64,000 bases of DNA, from the NCBI GenBank assembly GCA_951406725.2, contig OX597821.1, positions 98,146,001-98,210,000 of the forward strand, in the 5' to 3' direction. The position numbers and the translations under genes were made by a program. Below the pieces are notes generated by a model. The model was not told the origin of the DNA. It did not search any database and saw only the letters and a list, made by a program, of their open reading frames with translations. This DNA comes from Octopus vulgaris. Its lineage: Eukaryota. Of the stretch, positions 1-13,789 are shown in pieces (position 1 is the stretch's first letter; the number at the start of each line of letters is the position of its first letter).

Positions 1-146
1 TTTCTGTGTATCTTTCTGTCGAAGAGCGTAGGCTCGAAACGTAAAAGACTTGTTCTATTTCTATTCCTGAGCGCCATACTAATACATTTGTTTGCTTGTA
101 CTCCACCTGCCTTCATCTTTTGTTTATTTTCGTAAACCTTCCCGTT
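1..146 (+). mobile_element. Penelope-like terminal-repeat fragment carrying a minimal hammerhead-like motif, ending at a (TA)n tract
   Basis: Hammerhead-like motif at 11-48, followed by TTCCTGAGCG and a T-rich segment ending in (TA)n. Same layout as the element at 55370-55590. Confidence 0.6.
11..48 (+). ncRNA. Minimal type I hammerhead ribozyme-like motif (core variant CUGUCGA)
   Basis: TCTTT-CTGTCGA-A-GAGC(GTAG)GCTC-GAAA-CG-TA-AAAGA. Helix I TCTTT/AAAGA, helix II GAGC/GCTC, palindromic ACGT in helix III. Core A6 is replaced by U. Confidence 0.6.
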
Positions 147-429
147 ATATATATATATATATATATATGTATGGATATTTACTTATGTTTATGTGTGTGT
201 ATATGCATTAGTGCATGCCAAAACACCTACAGAACTACTTCACTGCTTGATGAAACATTGACTCCTGCATTTGGAGATTGAGTACAGTAATACCCTCAGC
301 ACATAAGCGTTTACCCTAATCTATATAGCTACTTACATATGCACACACACACACAGATAAACAGACGGATGACAGATAGACAGATAGCTTATGCACACTA
401 CAACATGGATCAGAAAAACTAAATAAATT

Positions 430-810
430 TAGGATGTGGCTATGCTGTTAAGAAGTTTGATTCCCATCTACATGGTTTAGGCTTCAGTCCTACTTTGGGT
501 ATGGCACCTTGGGCAAGTATCTTCGATTATAACCCTACAAGAAGATTTGGTAGACACATGACAGTCTTTTGTCTGTCTGCCGTGTGTGTGTGTCTCCTTA
601 TATTGACATCGCATAAAAGTTACAAATAAGCATCACTGTCATACAAGTAGTGACATTTGTTTTCAATAGTCTACCCAAATGTTTGACAATGTTTGACCTT
701 GCATGAAAACAGATGAGGGCTGGTGATAGGATGGGCAACCAGCCATAAAAAATCTGCTTCAATAAACTGTCTAACCCATGCAAGCATAGAAAAGTGGACA
801 TTAGAGAAAA
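430..810 (+). mobile_element. Degenerate composite SINE (tRNA-like head plus RTE-related tail)
   Basis: Head similar to the SINE at 29941 (TGGC..GGCACCTTGGGCAAG). Tail AACCCATGCAAGCAT..GTGGACATT shared with 26415-26660 (+) and 34905-35245 (-). Confidence 0.6.
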
Positions 811-929
811 TAAAAAATGATTACAATGCCTAGTTGTAAGTGAAAGGGATATTAACTCATTCTTTCTATGCATTTGATATGTAGAAAAAACGAGCAGTGT
901 GTGTGAACACGCATGCACATGTGTATGCA

Positions 930-964
<35 letters not shown>

Positions 965-1397
965 ACGTGTGTCTGTGTGTATACATTCACATATATGCAC
1001 AAAATGAGAGAGTAAAATTTGATCAGAAAAGGTTTACTGAAGGATTATTATAGCAATGATCTTGCAACTGATTTATCTTTCTGGGTATGGTTTTATGTTG
1101 GTGTAGGTTAATTTATATTAACAGCAGCAAGGATAGAGAAGAGGTCTGCTTCAGTAAGTGCCATCAGATTTACTGAAAACTGACTGGGGAAAAAAATTCA
1201 AAATTCAGAGGTCATTGGTTTAAATTCTTGATGGGTGATGCATGGTTATCTGTAAACTGGGGTAATGAAGATATCGAATACAAGTTATAAAAGTATATAA
1301 CTAGAGACAGGAATGAGCACACATCCCCCTCCCTGAAAGAATGTATAGCTGCTCTGAAAAGCCAAATAAATAAAAAATATTTAACAAGTTGACAGAT

Positions 1398-1428
<31 letters not shown>

Positions 1429-1767
1429 GACAGGTCTTGGTAGCCATTATTATTTTTGCGGGGAGGGTGTTTGTTTTTTAAGTCAGAATTATTCACTTCT
1501 AAAATACACACACACACAGACATAATAGTAGTTAATAACAGCAGTAGAAACTTTTTTTTTTTGATAATTTATTAGATTTTAAATATAATGAATAATGATT
1601 TTTGACATACAGAGAAAACCACAACTCTGCTAGGGAGTTGCTGTTTATTAAACTGACCCTTGAACTTTTTTTGACACTCTCTCCCTGTAAAGATGAAAGG
1701 CATCTTGTCTGACACTCTACCAATTCTCTCATCCCCAGCCCTAATAATAAGTTCATTAAAACATTAT

Positions 1768-1843
1768 TGTTCCTCACCACAAAATTTGTGACCTTGTGCC
1801 AATATTAATTGGCACAAGGTCACAAATTCTGTGGTGAGGAACA
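1768..1843. repeat. Near-perfect 36-bp-arm palindrome with 4-nt loop
   Basis: TGTTCCTCACCACAAAATTTGTGACCTTGTGCCAAT-ATTA-ATTGGCACAAGGTCACAAATTCTGTGGTGAGGAACA, one mismatch. The right arm runs into a minus-strand SINE end. Confidence 0.9.
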
Positions 1844-3083
1844 GTTGATTATATTGACCCCAGTACTTGATTATTTGAGTCTGTAGACCATAGAAGAATG
1901 AATGATGGCACAGAGGATATGATTTTAAAGAGGGGAGAATAGCCAATTATATACTTGAACTGGTACTTATTTTAAGATAAAAGGCAAATTTGACCCCAGC
2001 CAGTTTTCTAACAGTAATGGTGGCCAGTAAAGGCTGTCAGAAAATTTGTCACAAAGTAACAAAGAAGATTGACAGTTTGTTGTCTGTTTTTATAATTGAA
2101 AGAGTGGGAGGAGAAATGTCACATTCCTCTAAGAAGGGATATGGAGGATACATGGTTGTAGATAAAGGCATTAGTATTTTCATTTCAACCAGTAAGGGCA
2201 AAATAATCTCCATTCTATACTGCAGATGACTAATGCTGGATTTTACCATAATCTCTAATGACATTTTTGAGAGAGTACATGTATTACACATAGGGAATAC
2301 TCCACCATAAAAGGCTACAATTTCCTCTTCAAGATTTAGTAAAATACTTGACAAACTATTGACCTCCTGCAATGAAACAAATATACCATCCACTTTAATA
2401 CTATATCACATCACACCAACCACATGCATTTTCAAGGATATGACAAAAGAAACAACAAAAAAAAAAAGGTAATCCTTGCTCAATAAGAACACTTGATTAC
2501 TTCCGATTAGTGTATATCTAAGTGAATGATCAAGGAGACAGACAATTGCATACAGATAGATATTTAGACATGCAGATAAGTATTTAAACAGATAGGTCAC
2601 ACATTTAATAGATGATGTAAAACTGAGGAAATAAAAAAAAATAAAACAAAAATTTTAAATTATCAATACAGACAGTATACCATTTTATGTGAATGGTTTG
2701 ATAATGATAAAAAAAAAAATGTAAATTGTTTTCCTCAGTAATTACTGGTAGGAAGTGTACAACATTACTGCCTGGGTGGCAGTCAGTTTCTCATAGAACA
2801 AAAAAGTTTTTTGTTTGTTTTATATATATATATATATATATAGTTCAATTTTACTGATTATTATACACAGAGAAAAAGCAAATATTACCCAAATATTGAA
2901 GAATTCTTTTCAAAATTCAACAAAATGTACCCAAAAAAGAAATTACTTTAACATAAATCTAAACATCAACTGCCATAAACTATAGCAACAAAATATGTAT
3001 ATACACTTTTATTGGTTCTAGAATTTATTTTATCAAATATGTATCAACTTCAGGCTCTTGATAGTAAAGGTGGTAGAGTATAA

Positions 3084-3226
3084 CTTGCTTACCAACCACA
3101 TGGTTCCAGGTTCAGTCCCATTGCGTGGCACCTTGGGCAAGTGTCATCTACTATAGCCTCGGGCCGGCCGAAGCCTTGTGAGTGGATTTGGTAGACGAAA
3201 ACTAAAAAAAGCCCATCATATATGAG

Positions 3227-3258
<32 letters not shown>

Positions 3259-3477
3259 TGTGTATATGTTTACGTGTCTGTGTTTATCCTCCCAACATCA
3301 CTTGACAACTGATGCTGGTGTGTTTACGTTCCCATAACTTACCGGTTCGGCAAAAGTGACCGATAGAATAAGTACTAGGCTTACAAAGGATAAGTCCTGG
3401 GTGCCGATTTGCTTGACTAAAGGCGGTACTTCAGCATGGCCACAGTCAAATGACTGAAAGAAGTAAAAGAGTAAGAG
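3084..3477 (+). mobile_element. tRNA-derived SINE family A, 5'-truncated
   Basis: Highly similar to 29941-30339: B-box GGTTCAGTCCC, GGCACCTTGGGCAAG, internal (TA)n, 3' CAAATGACTGAAA..AAGAGTA. Confidence 0.9.
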
Positions 3478-3750
3478 CACCCATCAGTGACAAAAGACCC
3501 ACAATATATAATATATATATAGTGGATCTAACCATCTCTCCTCATTCTTATGAAACTTGCCCCTCTGTTCCCATACCCACTCACCCAGCCCAATACTCTG
3601 TATTATTTCACCAGTATTCACCCTCTCCACTGTACCTTGAGGGTATATCTTCATATATATCCACTACCATCTCTCTCACTATCTTGTCAATTGAAGTGTC
3701 CTTATATCTCTTCTACAGAAAACTCCCTATCTTTATCTCTCTGTTATTCT

Positions 3751-3978
3751 TTAACCCTTTCGTTACCAACCTGGCTGAAACCGGCTCTGTCTCTGAGTAC
3801 AAATGCCTTGTTTTCATAAGTTTTGAATAAAAATCTTCCACCAAACCTTAGTCACAATTTATGTTCCTAACACTAGCTTAATGATAACTAAGTTATTTTA
3901 CTAAATTCTTTATTATATTTAAAGTAACTGAAAGAAATACAGCGCATCTCAAAATAAATACAGTAACGAAAGGGTTAA
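3751..3978. mobile_element. piggyBac-type MITE
   Basis: TTAA-CCCTTTCGTTAC ... GTAACGAAAGGG-TTAA: TTAA target duplication plus CCC-start terminal inverted repeats. Second copy at 19400-19628. Confidence 0.85.
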
Positions 3979-4307
3979 ACCATTCATCAACTGGCACACA
4001 GATACCTCCCTCAATATTATCCCTCCTCCCCCAACCCCAGCCAAAGGGAGATTGTCTTGCAAGTTACTTGGTAACCCTACCAGTGCTGGTGCTATGAAAA
4101 AAACATCCAGTATGCTGTAAAGTGGTTGGCATTAGGAAAGGTATCTCGTCATAGAAATCATGCCAAAACAGACAATAGACATTTCTCTTCCTTGCTGCTA
4201 GCTCTTGTCAAACAGTCCAACCCATGCCAGCATGAAAAACAGACATTCAATGATGATGATATATTGAAATTATATTAGTTATTGTTAGCACCCAAATGAG
4301 ACAAAGA

Positions 4308-4343
<36 letters not shown>

Positions 4344-5214
4344 TATAAGGGTAAAAGAGTTTCTCTAGAAAGAATAAACAACTGATAAAGCAAGTTATGA
4401 AAGAAACAAAAAGCATTTTAGTACAATGATTTGGAAGAGAACCATTGGAATGAGTTGCAGTTTGAATTTGTGCCAAGTTGGCTATTATTGATACTCTTTT
4501 CCTCATGAGACAACTACAAGGGAAGTTTTTGGTTTTTTTGTTTTGTTTTTTTTTAGCTAAGAGTAAGCCCCTCTACCTACCATTTGTTGAGCTAGAAAAG
4601 GACTAAAAAACTCCAGATGTAGAAACAAAACCTTGAATCAAGAGGCCACAAAGTAAACGTAACAAAGCCTGAAGTTTAGTAACCAGGAAAGACAGGGCCC
4701 TGTTGCAATTGGGTAAATGCCATAATTGATATACAGAAAAGGAATAGGTAGAAATTACATAGAACATATTCAATGTGGTCTTTGGAATGTACAAGATATG
4801 TAGTAGGACTAATGGCAGGCTGGTAGAAAAGACTGTGTGGGGTAGATGCTGATGAGTGGTTCACGGAGCATTTGTAAAATAAATTCTTTCCAATGTTCAA
4901 AAGGTTCCATAGAGGTTGTTGATAGCCTTTTTTATCTAAATATTCCAATCAGTAGTGGTAGAAGGTACTCTGAAAGTCTTACAAACTGAATAAGAATAAT
5001 AAAGAAAGATGGACCAACAAAAGGATTCTCTGAGCAAAGATTAGATTGTATGATGCTTTTGTATGAAGTGCAATATTGCATGGTCATGAAAAACAGTGTG
5101 TGTGTGTGTTATATTGGTAACTACAAAAATTCTGCTGCACTTTGAGTGGTGTTGCTGTTACTTTTCTTAACAAATCTTCCACATGCTTAATGCCTTTGAA
5201 GCTATGTGAATAAA

Positions 5215-5462
5215 TTTCCGAAAAGCTCTATCTGCAACAATTTCATCTCAATCAAAGGAGAGGGGCTTTCTCCATCCGGGTTGCGGATCCGTGGAATAAG
5301 CTGCTGGATGAGATAGTGAAGATACCGACGACCGCTCGGTTCAAAGTCTCTCTTGACCAGAAATGGCCTGAACTCTTTGCATGAACACCCTCCCTGTACA
5401 TAACTCCATGTCCCCCTACATGGCCTTGCTTTTTGCTTTTTGAGCCAAAAAATTAACTTAAA
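5215..5462 (+). mobile_element. CR1/L2-group LINE 3' end
   Basis: 5223-5384 translates KLYLQQFHLNQRRGAFSIRVADPWNKLLDEIVKIPTTARFKVSLDQKWPELFA*, matching the RRxFFSxRVxxxWNxLP...FKxxLD C-terminus of CR1-group ORF2. Confidence 0.85.
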
Positions 5463-6059
5463 TCTTGCATGATAAAATGGGTGTGAAAAGCTAACAAAGG
5501 AATTAATACATATATACATATATATATACACATGTGTGTGTCTGTGTGTGTGTACGTATGTGTGTGTATAAAGTGGTAGTATGTTGTCAATTTAATGTGA
5601 CAGTCCCATCAAAGGGAATAATACTACTGCTATTTAGCCCTAGGAAGCACTGCTTCCTGTCAGCCTTGACACATTTCCTGTGTCCTTATGTTTACAAAGG
5701 GCAAGATAAGCACCTCCACCCAGAAAAGCCAGCACCCAGAGACTTTTTTTCTGAGTCATTGCTCATTATTAGTCTGGAGTGGCATGGCTTGTTAGCTGTC
5801 GATGCCTATCTGCCTCTGTAAACATATAATAATTCAAGTGAAATACATTCACTGATTTCGAAAATAGAAATAACACATTTCTAAACCTCTCTGAGAGATT
5901 TATACTGTAGTAATACTATAAAGTGGTGGTATGTTGTCAATATATATATATAATCACAGTTTTTTTAACATCATTTTAACATCCACTTTTTCATGCTTGC
6001 ATAGGTTAAGCAGAGATTATTGATGCAAATTTTCTAGGGCCAGATGCCCTTCATGTCAC

Positions 6060-6570
6060 CAAGAAGTCACTAATCACTACTCTACCAGTACATTGTTCTC
6101 TAAGGAAAGACTTGGTTTCACAATCATTTATCTATCTTGTTTCCTAGTGAAAATGAAGTCTACCCCACTTTCATGTTTGCCTCAATCCTCAGTAGTAGGG
6201 AATCTAGTGGCTATCATTTAAAATGCCAAACTCCAAAAGTCTTTTTCTTTCTTCCTTCCTCACTATATACATAATGTACCTTGAATTCCAGAATAACCAA
6301 ATGATGCAGCCCAACTTGTCTATTGAAGTCACCAGTCAAGATAATGATAATGCTATCATTTGTTATTGAGGAGGTTCACAAGAGATCTGCATAAAAACAG
6401 ATCTTTTGTTCAACATTCAGTCCCAACTGTATTGTTTAACAGAAATAATACTAGCAGTTGCTTTACTAGCCTAGGCTTAATTACATCATGATTTCAAATT
6501 TTTTATCCATTTCTCTGCCACCATTATGCCTATTCCTCCTAACCAAACATTGTTTCCTAGAAAGAAGAAT
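6060..6570 (-). mobile_element. Old RTE LINE endonuclease relic
   Basis: Minus-strand GGIGIMVAEKWI and TGDFNRQVG motifs parallel GVGILLAEKWI and AGDFNRHVG of the younger RTE at 55.6-57.3 kb. Confidence 0.75.
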
Positions 6571-7835
6571 TGGTAATTGCACTTTTTAGCATAAAGAGAA
6601 TGATGTGAAAAATAAGCCAGGGTACATACATTAAACATACATATTCTATATATCCTTTACCTAAATATGTATCATATGTATCTCTCCTTCTTCAGGAAGC
6701 AATAGAATGGTAATTTATATTTAAGTTTTCTCAAATTTTTAGCAAGTCTTCTTAGATTCTGATGATTTTAAAATTTAATGCTTGCATTTTGATCATTATC
6801 ACCTGTTGATAAAAGCAAGATATATACGCATAATTATAAATGCACATTTACACTAGAAAGATGAATCTATGTCCAGAAAAGGATATATATATAGAATATG
6901 TGTATCTATTTCAAAAGTCAATCTATTAAAACCTTTTTTATATAGTTATATATCACTCTGAAATTTGATTTTTTTTCTATTTTGTTGAAGCCTTTACTAA
7001 ACACTTATACAAAGTAATACTCTCTTTTTATCCAGAGACTATTTATTCCTATCACTAACAGACACACATACATACACAGATGCACACAATACTGGTTTTC
7101 AGTTCTATATTTTAGCGATGTGGAATTATATATATCTTGTTTGTTGTTAACAACAAACAAGATGAGGACAAATATCCGGCAAATGTAAATAATGAATACT
7201 AGCTTTGATCATTGGACTGCAAGCATGTTGGGCACAGCTTTGAATGGTATAGTGGATTATATCATTGCCAGTGTCTTGGAGCCACTTATTTCATTTACCT
7301 TAGAAGGATGGATGACTAAGTTGACTCAGAAAATAAAGATAACTAAATACTATAGGTATGTTCTACCAATTCTACACACACACACACACACTCATCCACC
7401 CTGTTGGAACAGGTTGGGCAAGTCTACACTGCAACATAGTGCCACTCCTGTCCATCCAGTATCATCTTAATATTTTGAAATCTAACATTACCACCTCTTC
7501 CAATATTTTCCTTGGCCTTCTTCAGCAGTTAATACCATCCACTGTAAACATGCCACTTTTTATTCACCAAGTTCATATCACATGTGCAACCAAACTTACA
7601 CTAGTAGACACAGACAGGAAGCTTGTCATTCAATTGTATAGTGTTTACAATTGAACTAAAAGTATGTTTTACAATTACATTCCTATACTATTTCATGCCT
7701 ATTGTCCCAACAAATTTCGTTATATAAAGGAAATAATGGTAAAACAAGTGAATATACATTTCATATGACTGTCTTCACTTTCAATATCTTAAATTTCTTC
7801 CTCTGTTAATTATATTACAATATGTGAAAACAATA

Positions 7836-8200
7836 ATTACCCTGCGCACAAAAGTGAAAGCAGGCAATTGTAATCACTCTTGGTCTGTTTGTCTGTGTGT
7901 TTGCAAAATTACTGGGAAACAGCTGAACGGATTTTCACCAAATTTGGCAGAAATATTCATTGGGTGAGTGGCTTGAAATGATGAAGATTTGGTTTCATTA
8001 TCTTCAAACATAGATAAATACATACATAGATATGCAACTCTGTGTGTGTGCGTGTACACACACCACAGTGATGGATTCAAGGGTTTCATTTATTTACAAG
8101 TTGGTTTCTTAATTTCGCTGGAGTATAAATACCTATAATGGTGGTACAAAAAAAAATTATCTGCGTGCAGGGTATGCATTGCCCCTCTGATGCCTTTTTT
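7836..8200 (+). mobile_element. DINE-1/Helentron-like non-autonomous element
   Basis: Subterminal inverted repeat TACCCTGC...GCAGGGTA, GTCTGTTTGTCTG microsatellite, GGATTTTCACCAAATTTGG block, short 3' GCAT..ATGC hairpin then a T-run. Confidence 0.6.
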
Positions 8201-9799
8201 TTTTTGTCTGCACTTACAACTATTTTGCAAGGTATACTGAAAACAAGCAGCTATATATAATAATAGGATGCCAAGGCCAGCAGTTGAACAATTTATATTC
8301 TGCTACTGACTGTGAGAGACCTTGGGCCAAGACGTTCAACTCTGGCTAGTCTAGAGCACCTTGAAATACAACCCATTTGGCTGTAGTTTACAGATTACTA
8401 GCACTATACAACTGACAACTATTTTATTAACATGTAGTACCCTGTTCATTTTATCTTATTAACTTATATTACCAGACCTAACTGATTTGCTCAAAATACA
8501 TTCCAAGAAGACAAAGCATTGAAGTGTATTTTGTAGAAGACAGAAGTAATATTCCCAAGATACATTCTATAAAAATTTTGTTTCTAAAACAGGCATGAGG
8601 CCTGCAGTTTTGAGGAGTGGGAGTTAGTCAATTATACTGATCCTAGTATATGACAGGTATTTTATTTTCTCAACCCCAGATGGATGAAAAGTAAAAACAA
8701 TCTCAGTGGAACTGAATTCAGAATATAGAGAGTTGGAACAAATACACTAACAATTCTGCCAATCTGCAATTCTTACTCCATAAAAATTAAATCTTTAAGA
8801 GAAGTTTTTAGCCATAGCCATCAATCACAAGTGCATATGACCTGATAGTGTGTATCATGCTTCTGCTAATTGTTTTAGGTGTAAGCAGACATTCTCTCAA
8901 CCTTTCCACTTCTTGTCCCAGCAGAAATCAAGAATATGAGAGAGAGAGAAAGGATTGCAACCTGGTGCAGCTCCCCAGCTTCCCAGTCAAGCCATCCAAC
9001 CCATGCCAACACAGAAGATGGACGTTGTGTAATGATGTTGATGATGACAGACAAGAGCAATATGAAATGAAGTACCTCACTCAAAGGTGCAATGTGCCAT
9101 CCAAATCAGGAAACAAACCTGTGATCTTATCTATCATGAGCTTAATAGCCTCACCTTAGGCCTTGCAACCTCTACTCAACAGCATAACTAAACTACGACA
9201 ACAATAAGATGAAGAAACAGAGCTTAGATCACTGTATAATTATTTACAAAGAGAACAATGGTATTGTACAAGCTGCTTTCAATAACAGAATTCAAAAGTA
9301 CATTTTGTGTAGAAATATAATCTTTGATATCATTAGATTAATTACTGATGCTTTAGTTAATTAATTACCATTCACTGATAGGAACACAAGATGTTGACCT
9401 GAGTTATGATGTCACCTATATTGAAAGAAATTGTCATCGAGTCACTTTAAATAATGTCCATAAGTTGAAGCTGAATATGCACCACTACCATAATGCCCAA
9501 CCCATCCAACTTATCCAATTAAAAAAAAAAAATTGTGCCTCTGTTTTTAATCTGTTTGTTTGCTTGATTGCTTCTTTAAGTGTCTGTTCTAGTAACTAAA
9601 AAAATTGAACCAAGATAAATGAAAATCGTTATAAAAGATTTACAAAACAGAATATAACATTTTTATTAAAAATTTATAAGTAAACAAAAAATTGCTTATT
9701 TCCTTTCATTTTTTAAAATTTTACATTTTTAGCAACTCAATTTAGATATTTGCTATGAGACCAATCAGTTATACAAAAAAAAAATCAAATCAAATAAAA

Positions 9800-10460
9800 G
9801 TAAGTACATAGCAACACAACATCATTCAGATATTGCTGGCTTGCTTTAAGTGTTAATAGTATATAAAATATTCTAATATTTACCACATATCGGCAAAACA
9901 CACACACACAGGTATATGGCAACACAATATCATTCAGATATTGTTGGCTAAAATTGTTATAAAATATTCAGATATTTACTATATATCAAGAAGACCCATA
10001 CACACAACACATTGTTATCAGATATAGATGATGGTGGTTGTTTATTATTCAAGCCTAACTCAGTTGTGACCATCCCATTGTTTTGTATTTCTTAGACAAA
10101 ATTATCCAACGTATCCTTACAATTTTTTAAGATGGTATGTGTATGATGTAGGGAAATTTGGCTACTCTTTCTAGCAGGTCAAGCAACCAAATATATAGGC
10201 TCCCTAGCTGACTTAAAATATTGGTGGTTTTGATAGTTTAATTGTATAAAAAATATTCCAATATTGACCACATATGTAGAGAAATACATTCACACAACAC
10301 AATTCTTTTCAGACATCAGTGGCTATAATAGTTAAAATATTTCTCTACTTATGTGGTCAATACATTCAAATACTGACCACAATTTTGTAGAAAAATATTA
10401 ATAATATTAGGCACACAGCAAGACAATTTCTTTCAGAAATTGGTGGATAAAATAGTAATG
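9800..10460. repeat. Degenerate ~100-bp tandem repeat interrupted by a SINE-like insert
   Basis: CAACACAA(C/T)ATCATTCAGATATTG..GG-like unit recurs at about 9811, 9919, 10005, 10295 and 10420. Confidence 0.6.
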
Positions 10461-11739
10461 CAAAATACTATTTTTCTTTCTTTTCATTCATTAACATTTA
10501 GATTAATATTGGGTCAACTATTTCTTGTAATGCAGTCTTATTGATAAATTACAAAGACAGCCAAGTAGACATTATAGTGAACTACTGACTCCAATGTCCA
10601 CAATTTTCGATTACCTAATCAGAGAATACAACTATATGTACTAAAATTTGTACCACCAGTAATGTTACAGTCCGTTACTGATGAGATGTAAATAAACCAC
10701 AATATGTCCAAAACTGTCACTATAACTACATTCTCTATTTAGTTTGACAAAGACTATCATTAAGAATGACTTTTCTTCTTTAAAATGATTTTTTGCTCAT
10801 TACAATAAGTACATTAGCCTGCACTCAATTATATCAACTCCAAAGTTTTTGACTACACACCAGACCAACCTCAAGCATTCCATTGTATACTTTTGGCAGT
10901 CAATTCTGCAAACTTCACTTGACCTAGTAGTTGAGAATAGGTACTGAGATTACCTGAGAATATTACATGCAATAGAATATGCGCTATCTAGGGTCAGATT
11001 CGTATCTCATTTACTCTATTCTATAAAAGGATTAAGCACAATTCCATAAGAGTCTCTTGAGGATTGGGAATTACCTACGATATACATTCTACCTATCTGT
11101 TAGGATGAGATAACACAGCATCTGCCATCCTCTACAAGAAAGAATTTACCTTTCATCTACTTACAGCCATGAAATAAAACTAGAGATAAGCAACTGGCTT
11201 TAAAAGCTCCTTGGGGCTTGAGAAATATCTTTTTGACAAATTTCCACAAGCCACTGGTATAAAATTATCCTTAACTGTTTAACAAAGATTTGAAATGAAA
11301 CTAATTTAACAAAACATGTTAGTTCATACATATATTTATACACATATATACATAAATATACACATACATACACATAAAACTATGCAAACATACTGCTACA
11401 TGTATAGAGATGTGTATATATACATATATATACTAGCATTATGACCCGTTGTTGCCAGGTCATAGTGCTAGTGCATATGTGTATATATATATATATGTGT
11501 GTGTGTACATATTACATGTACATCTATATATATATATACATCTACACATAAAATACAAAGTTATATCTTGATATTGCTAGTGATAACAATACTCAAAATA
11601 TATAACAGACTGGAATTGTAGGCCTGTCTCTTGCAATTTCGATCAATTGTATCTTGTCCTCCCTCTTGTATCGAAGTGTGAATACAATCCAGCCTACCTC
11701 TACTTCTGGGGTGATCTATTTCTAGCATATATACACATG

Positions 11740-11771
<32 letters not shown>

Positions 11772-12149
11772 CATGCATACACACATATACATACTTACAT
11801 TTATATACATATATAGGTACGGGTATGGCTGTGTGGTTAAGAAATTCACATCACAACCACATAGTTTTAGGTTTGGTCCCACTATATGGCACCTTCGACC
11901 AGTAACTTCTAGTATAACCTCATGTTGATGAATGCTTTGAGTGAAATTCAATAAATGGAAATTATGAGAGCTCACCGTGTGTATGTGCACGCATGCACGC
12001 ACGTGTGTGTGTGTATGGGTGTACCAGCATGTGAAAGCAAGTGGCCTAATGATTAAGGTGTTAAGCTCATTATTATAGGGTTGTGGATTCAATTCTTGGA
12101 CCAGGCAGAAAGTCGTAAGATTTGAAATGATAGTATATTCAAAATAGAA

Positions 12150-13212
12150 ATGTATAAGTACATGTGCTAATCACCAAAGTTGGATGGTACCTGCAGAAGA
12201 GAGAAACCCAAGAAGATGCAGGATGAAGTGGTAAGGACTGATCTCAGGATGTTGGGCCTCACAGAGGAAATGACAATGGACCTAGATGTCTTGCAATATG
12301 AAGTTCTAGAGAAGACCCACCCACATCAGCGAAACTGAGGTTGTGTCCCTCATCCACACTTAACAAGTAAACTTCTCACACACTACCACAACAAACCAAG
12401 CTACATCTCTTCCTCACATTTCTGCTTCATGCACTATGCTTACCTCCCACTCCCCAATCCTGTCCTCTTGGCCCCGTGCCACTGTATCATAACTCTCCTC
12501 ACTGCCTAGTTCCTCTGTATCATTGCTATTTGGTAGCCATCACCAACCCCAACTCTATATATACCTAGGTTTTCACCACTCATCCCACTCTACACTCTTT
12601 AATCACACTTCCTTTGCAATATCCTGCGACATATTATGGCGTTCAAACCTCAAGGTATGCCCTGGCCCTTACCACCATCTATATCTCTCTCTTCCTTTAC
12701 TCAACCATCTCATTTATATTCTGATCCCCATCCCTTTCTTACCATCTCTATCCTGCTGTCTCCCATTCTCTCTCTTTCTCCATCAGTTCCTTCAGGTTGG
12801 GTAACCATGTATTTCCTTTGCAGTGGCGCAATTGTTTGTCTTCATTCCTGATCTCTCTCTCTCTCCAGCTGGGTAACCTTGTACTTCCTCTACAGCAAGA
12901 CACCTATTTCTGTCTCTTTGTCTCACTATAACCTTTCATCATTCGACACAAGATCGCCTCCTCCAATGTCCTCTCCCCTCTTGAAAATTCTTTTGTTGCT
13001 TTTTATTTTGTCTAGCAAATACTTGGTGACCCTGTCAGTGCAGTACAGTCCACATTGTAAAGTGGTTGGTGTTCAGAAGGGCATCCAGCTTTAAAAATTC
13101 TGCCAAAACAGTCACAGAAGTCTGGTGCAGGCTTCTGCTTGGCTGGCTATTCTGAAACCGTCCCAACCATGCTAGTATGGAAGGCAGACATTAAACAATT
13201 ATGATGATGACG
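12150..13212 (+). mobile_element. RTE LINE 3' end with long 3' UTR
   Basis: Degenerate DGTCRR-KP-K--DEVVRTDLRMLGLTEEMTMDLD..VLEKT C-terminus, pyrimidine-rich UTR, then a GAAGGGCATCCAG...CATGCTAG..(GAT)n tail (family B). Confidence 0.8.
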
Positions 13213-13789
13213 TATAATCATTTTATGTCCCCTTTCCAGGAGTTGAACAGGTCATTGTGGCCCAAATCAGATCTTATTCTGAATTACTGCCTCCCAAAAC
13301 AGCTTAGAGGACATCTCACATGCACATTTCATTGACTTGGGAGAAAAAACGATGACTGCAATAAGAAAGGGGGATATGTAGTAATGGATTCTACTTTCAT
13401 AAATTAAACATAAAAGTTATATGTGGTTAATGCTGTGCCTTCATTAACTATACCAGCACTATAACACAGCAAGCAGAAAAGGGACGGATAGAGAGATGGT
13501 AACTGACAGACAGAAGAGTGGATAAGAGCAATGAGGCAATGAGCAATGGTAATATAAGCAGAAGGGACCACTGGAAACAACAGAGTCACTTCCTAAGTGT
13601 CTCCTCTACCTTGTATCATTTTTATTTACAGTGCTTGAATCCTTACACATGTAGACCTGTTTGGCTAAAAATGTACATATAAACGTTTATTACATATCAT
13701 GGTCACACTGGTAGTGGAGTATTGTCCACACTCATTGAAGCACTTGGTTAAGAGCTCTTGGATGCTAACAATATATAACAATAATATCG

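Noticed and set aside
11165-11274. Minus-strand exon with AG/GTAAGT boundaries
   Set aside because: Stop codons in all three frames.
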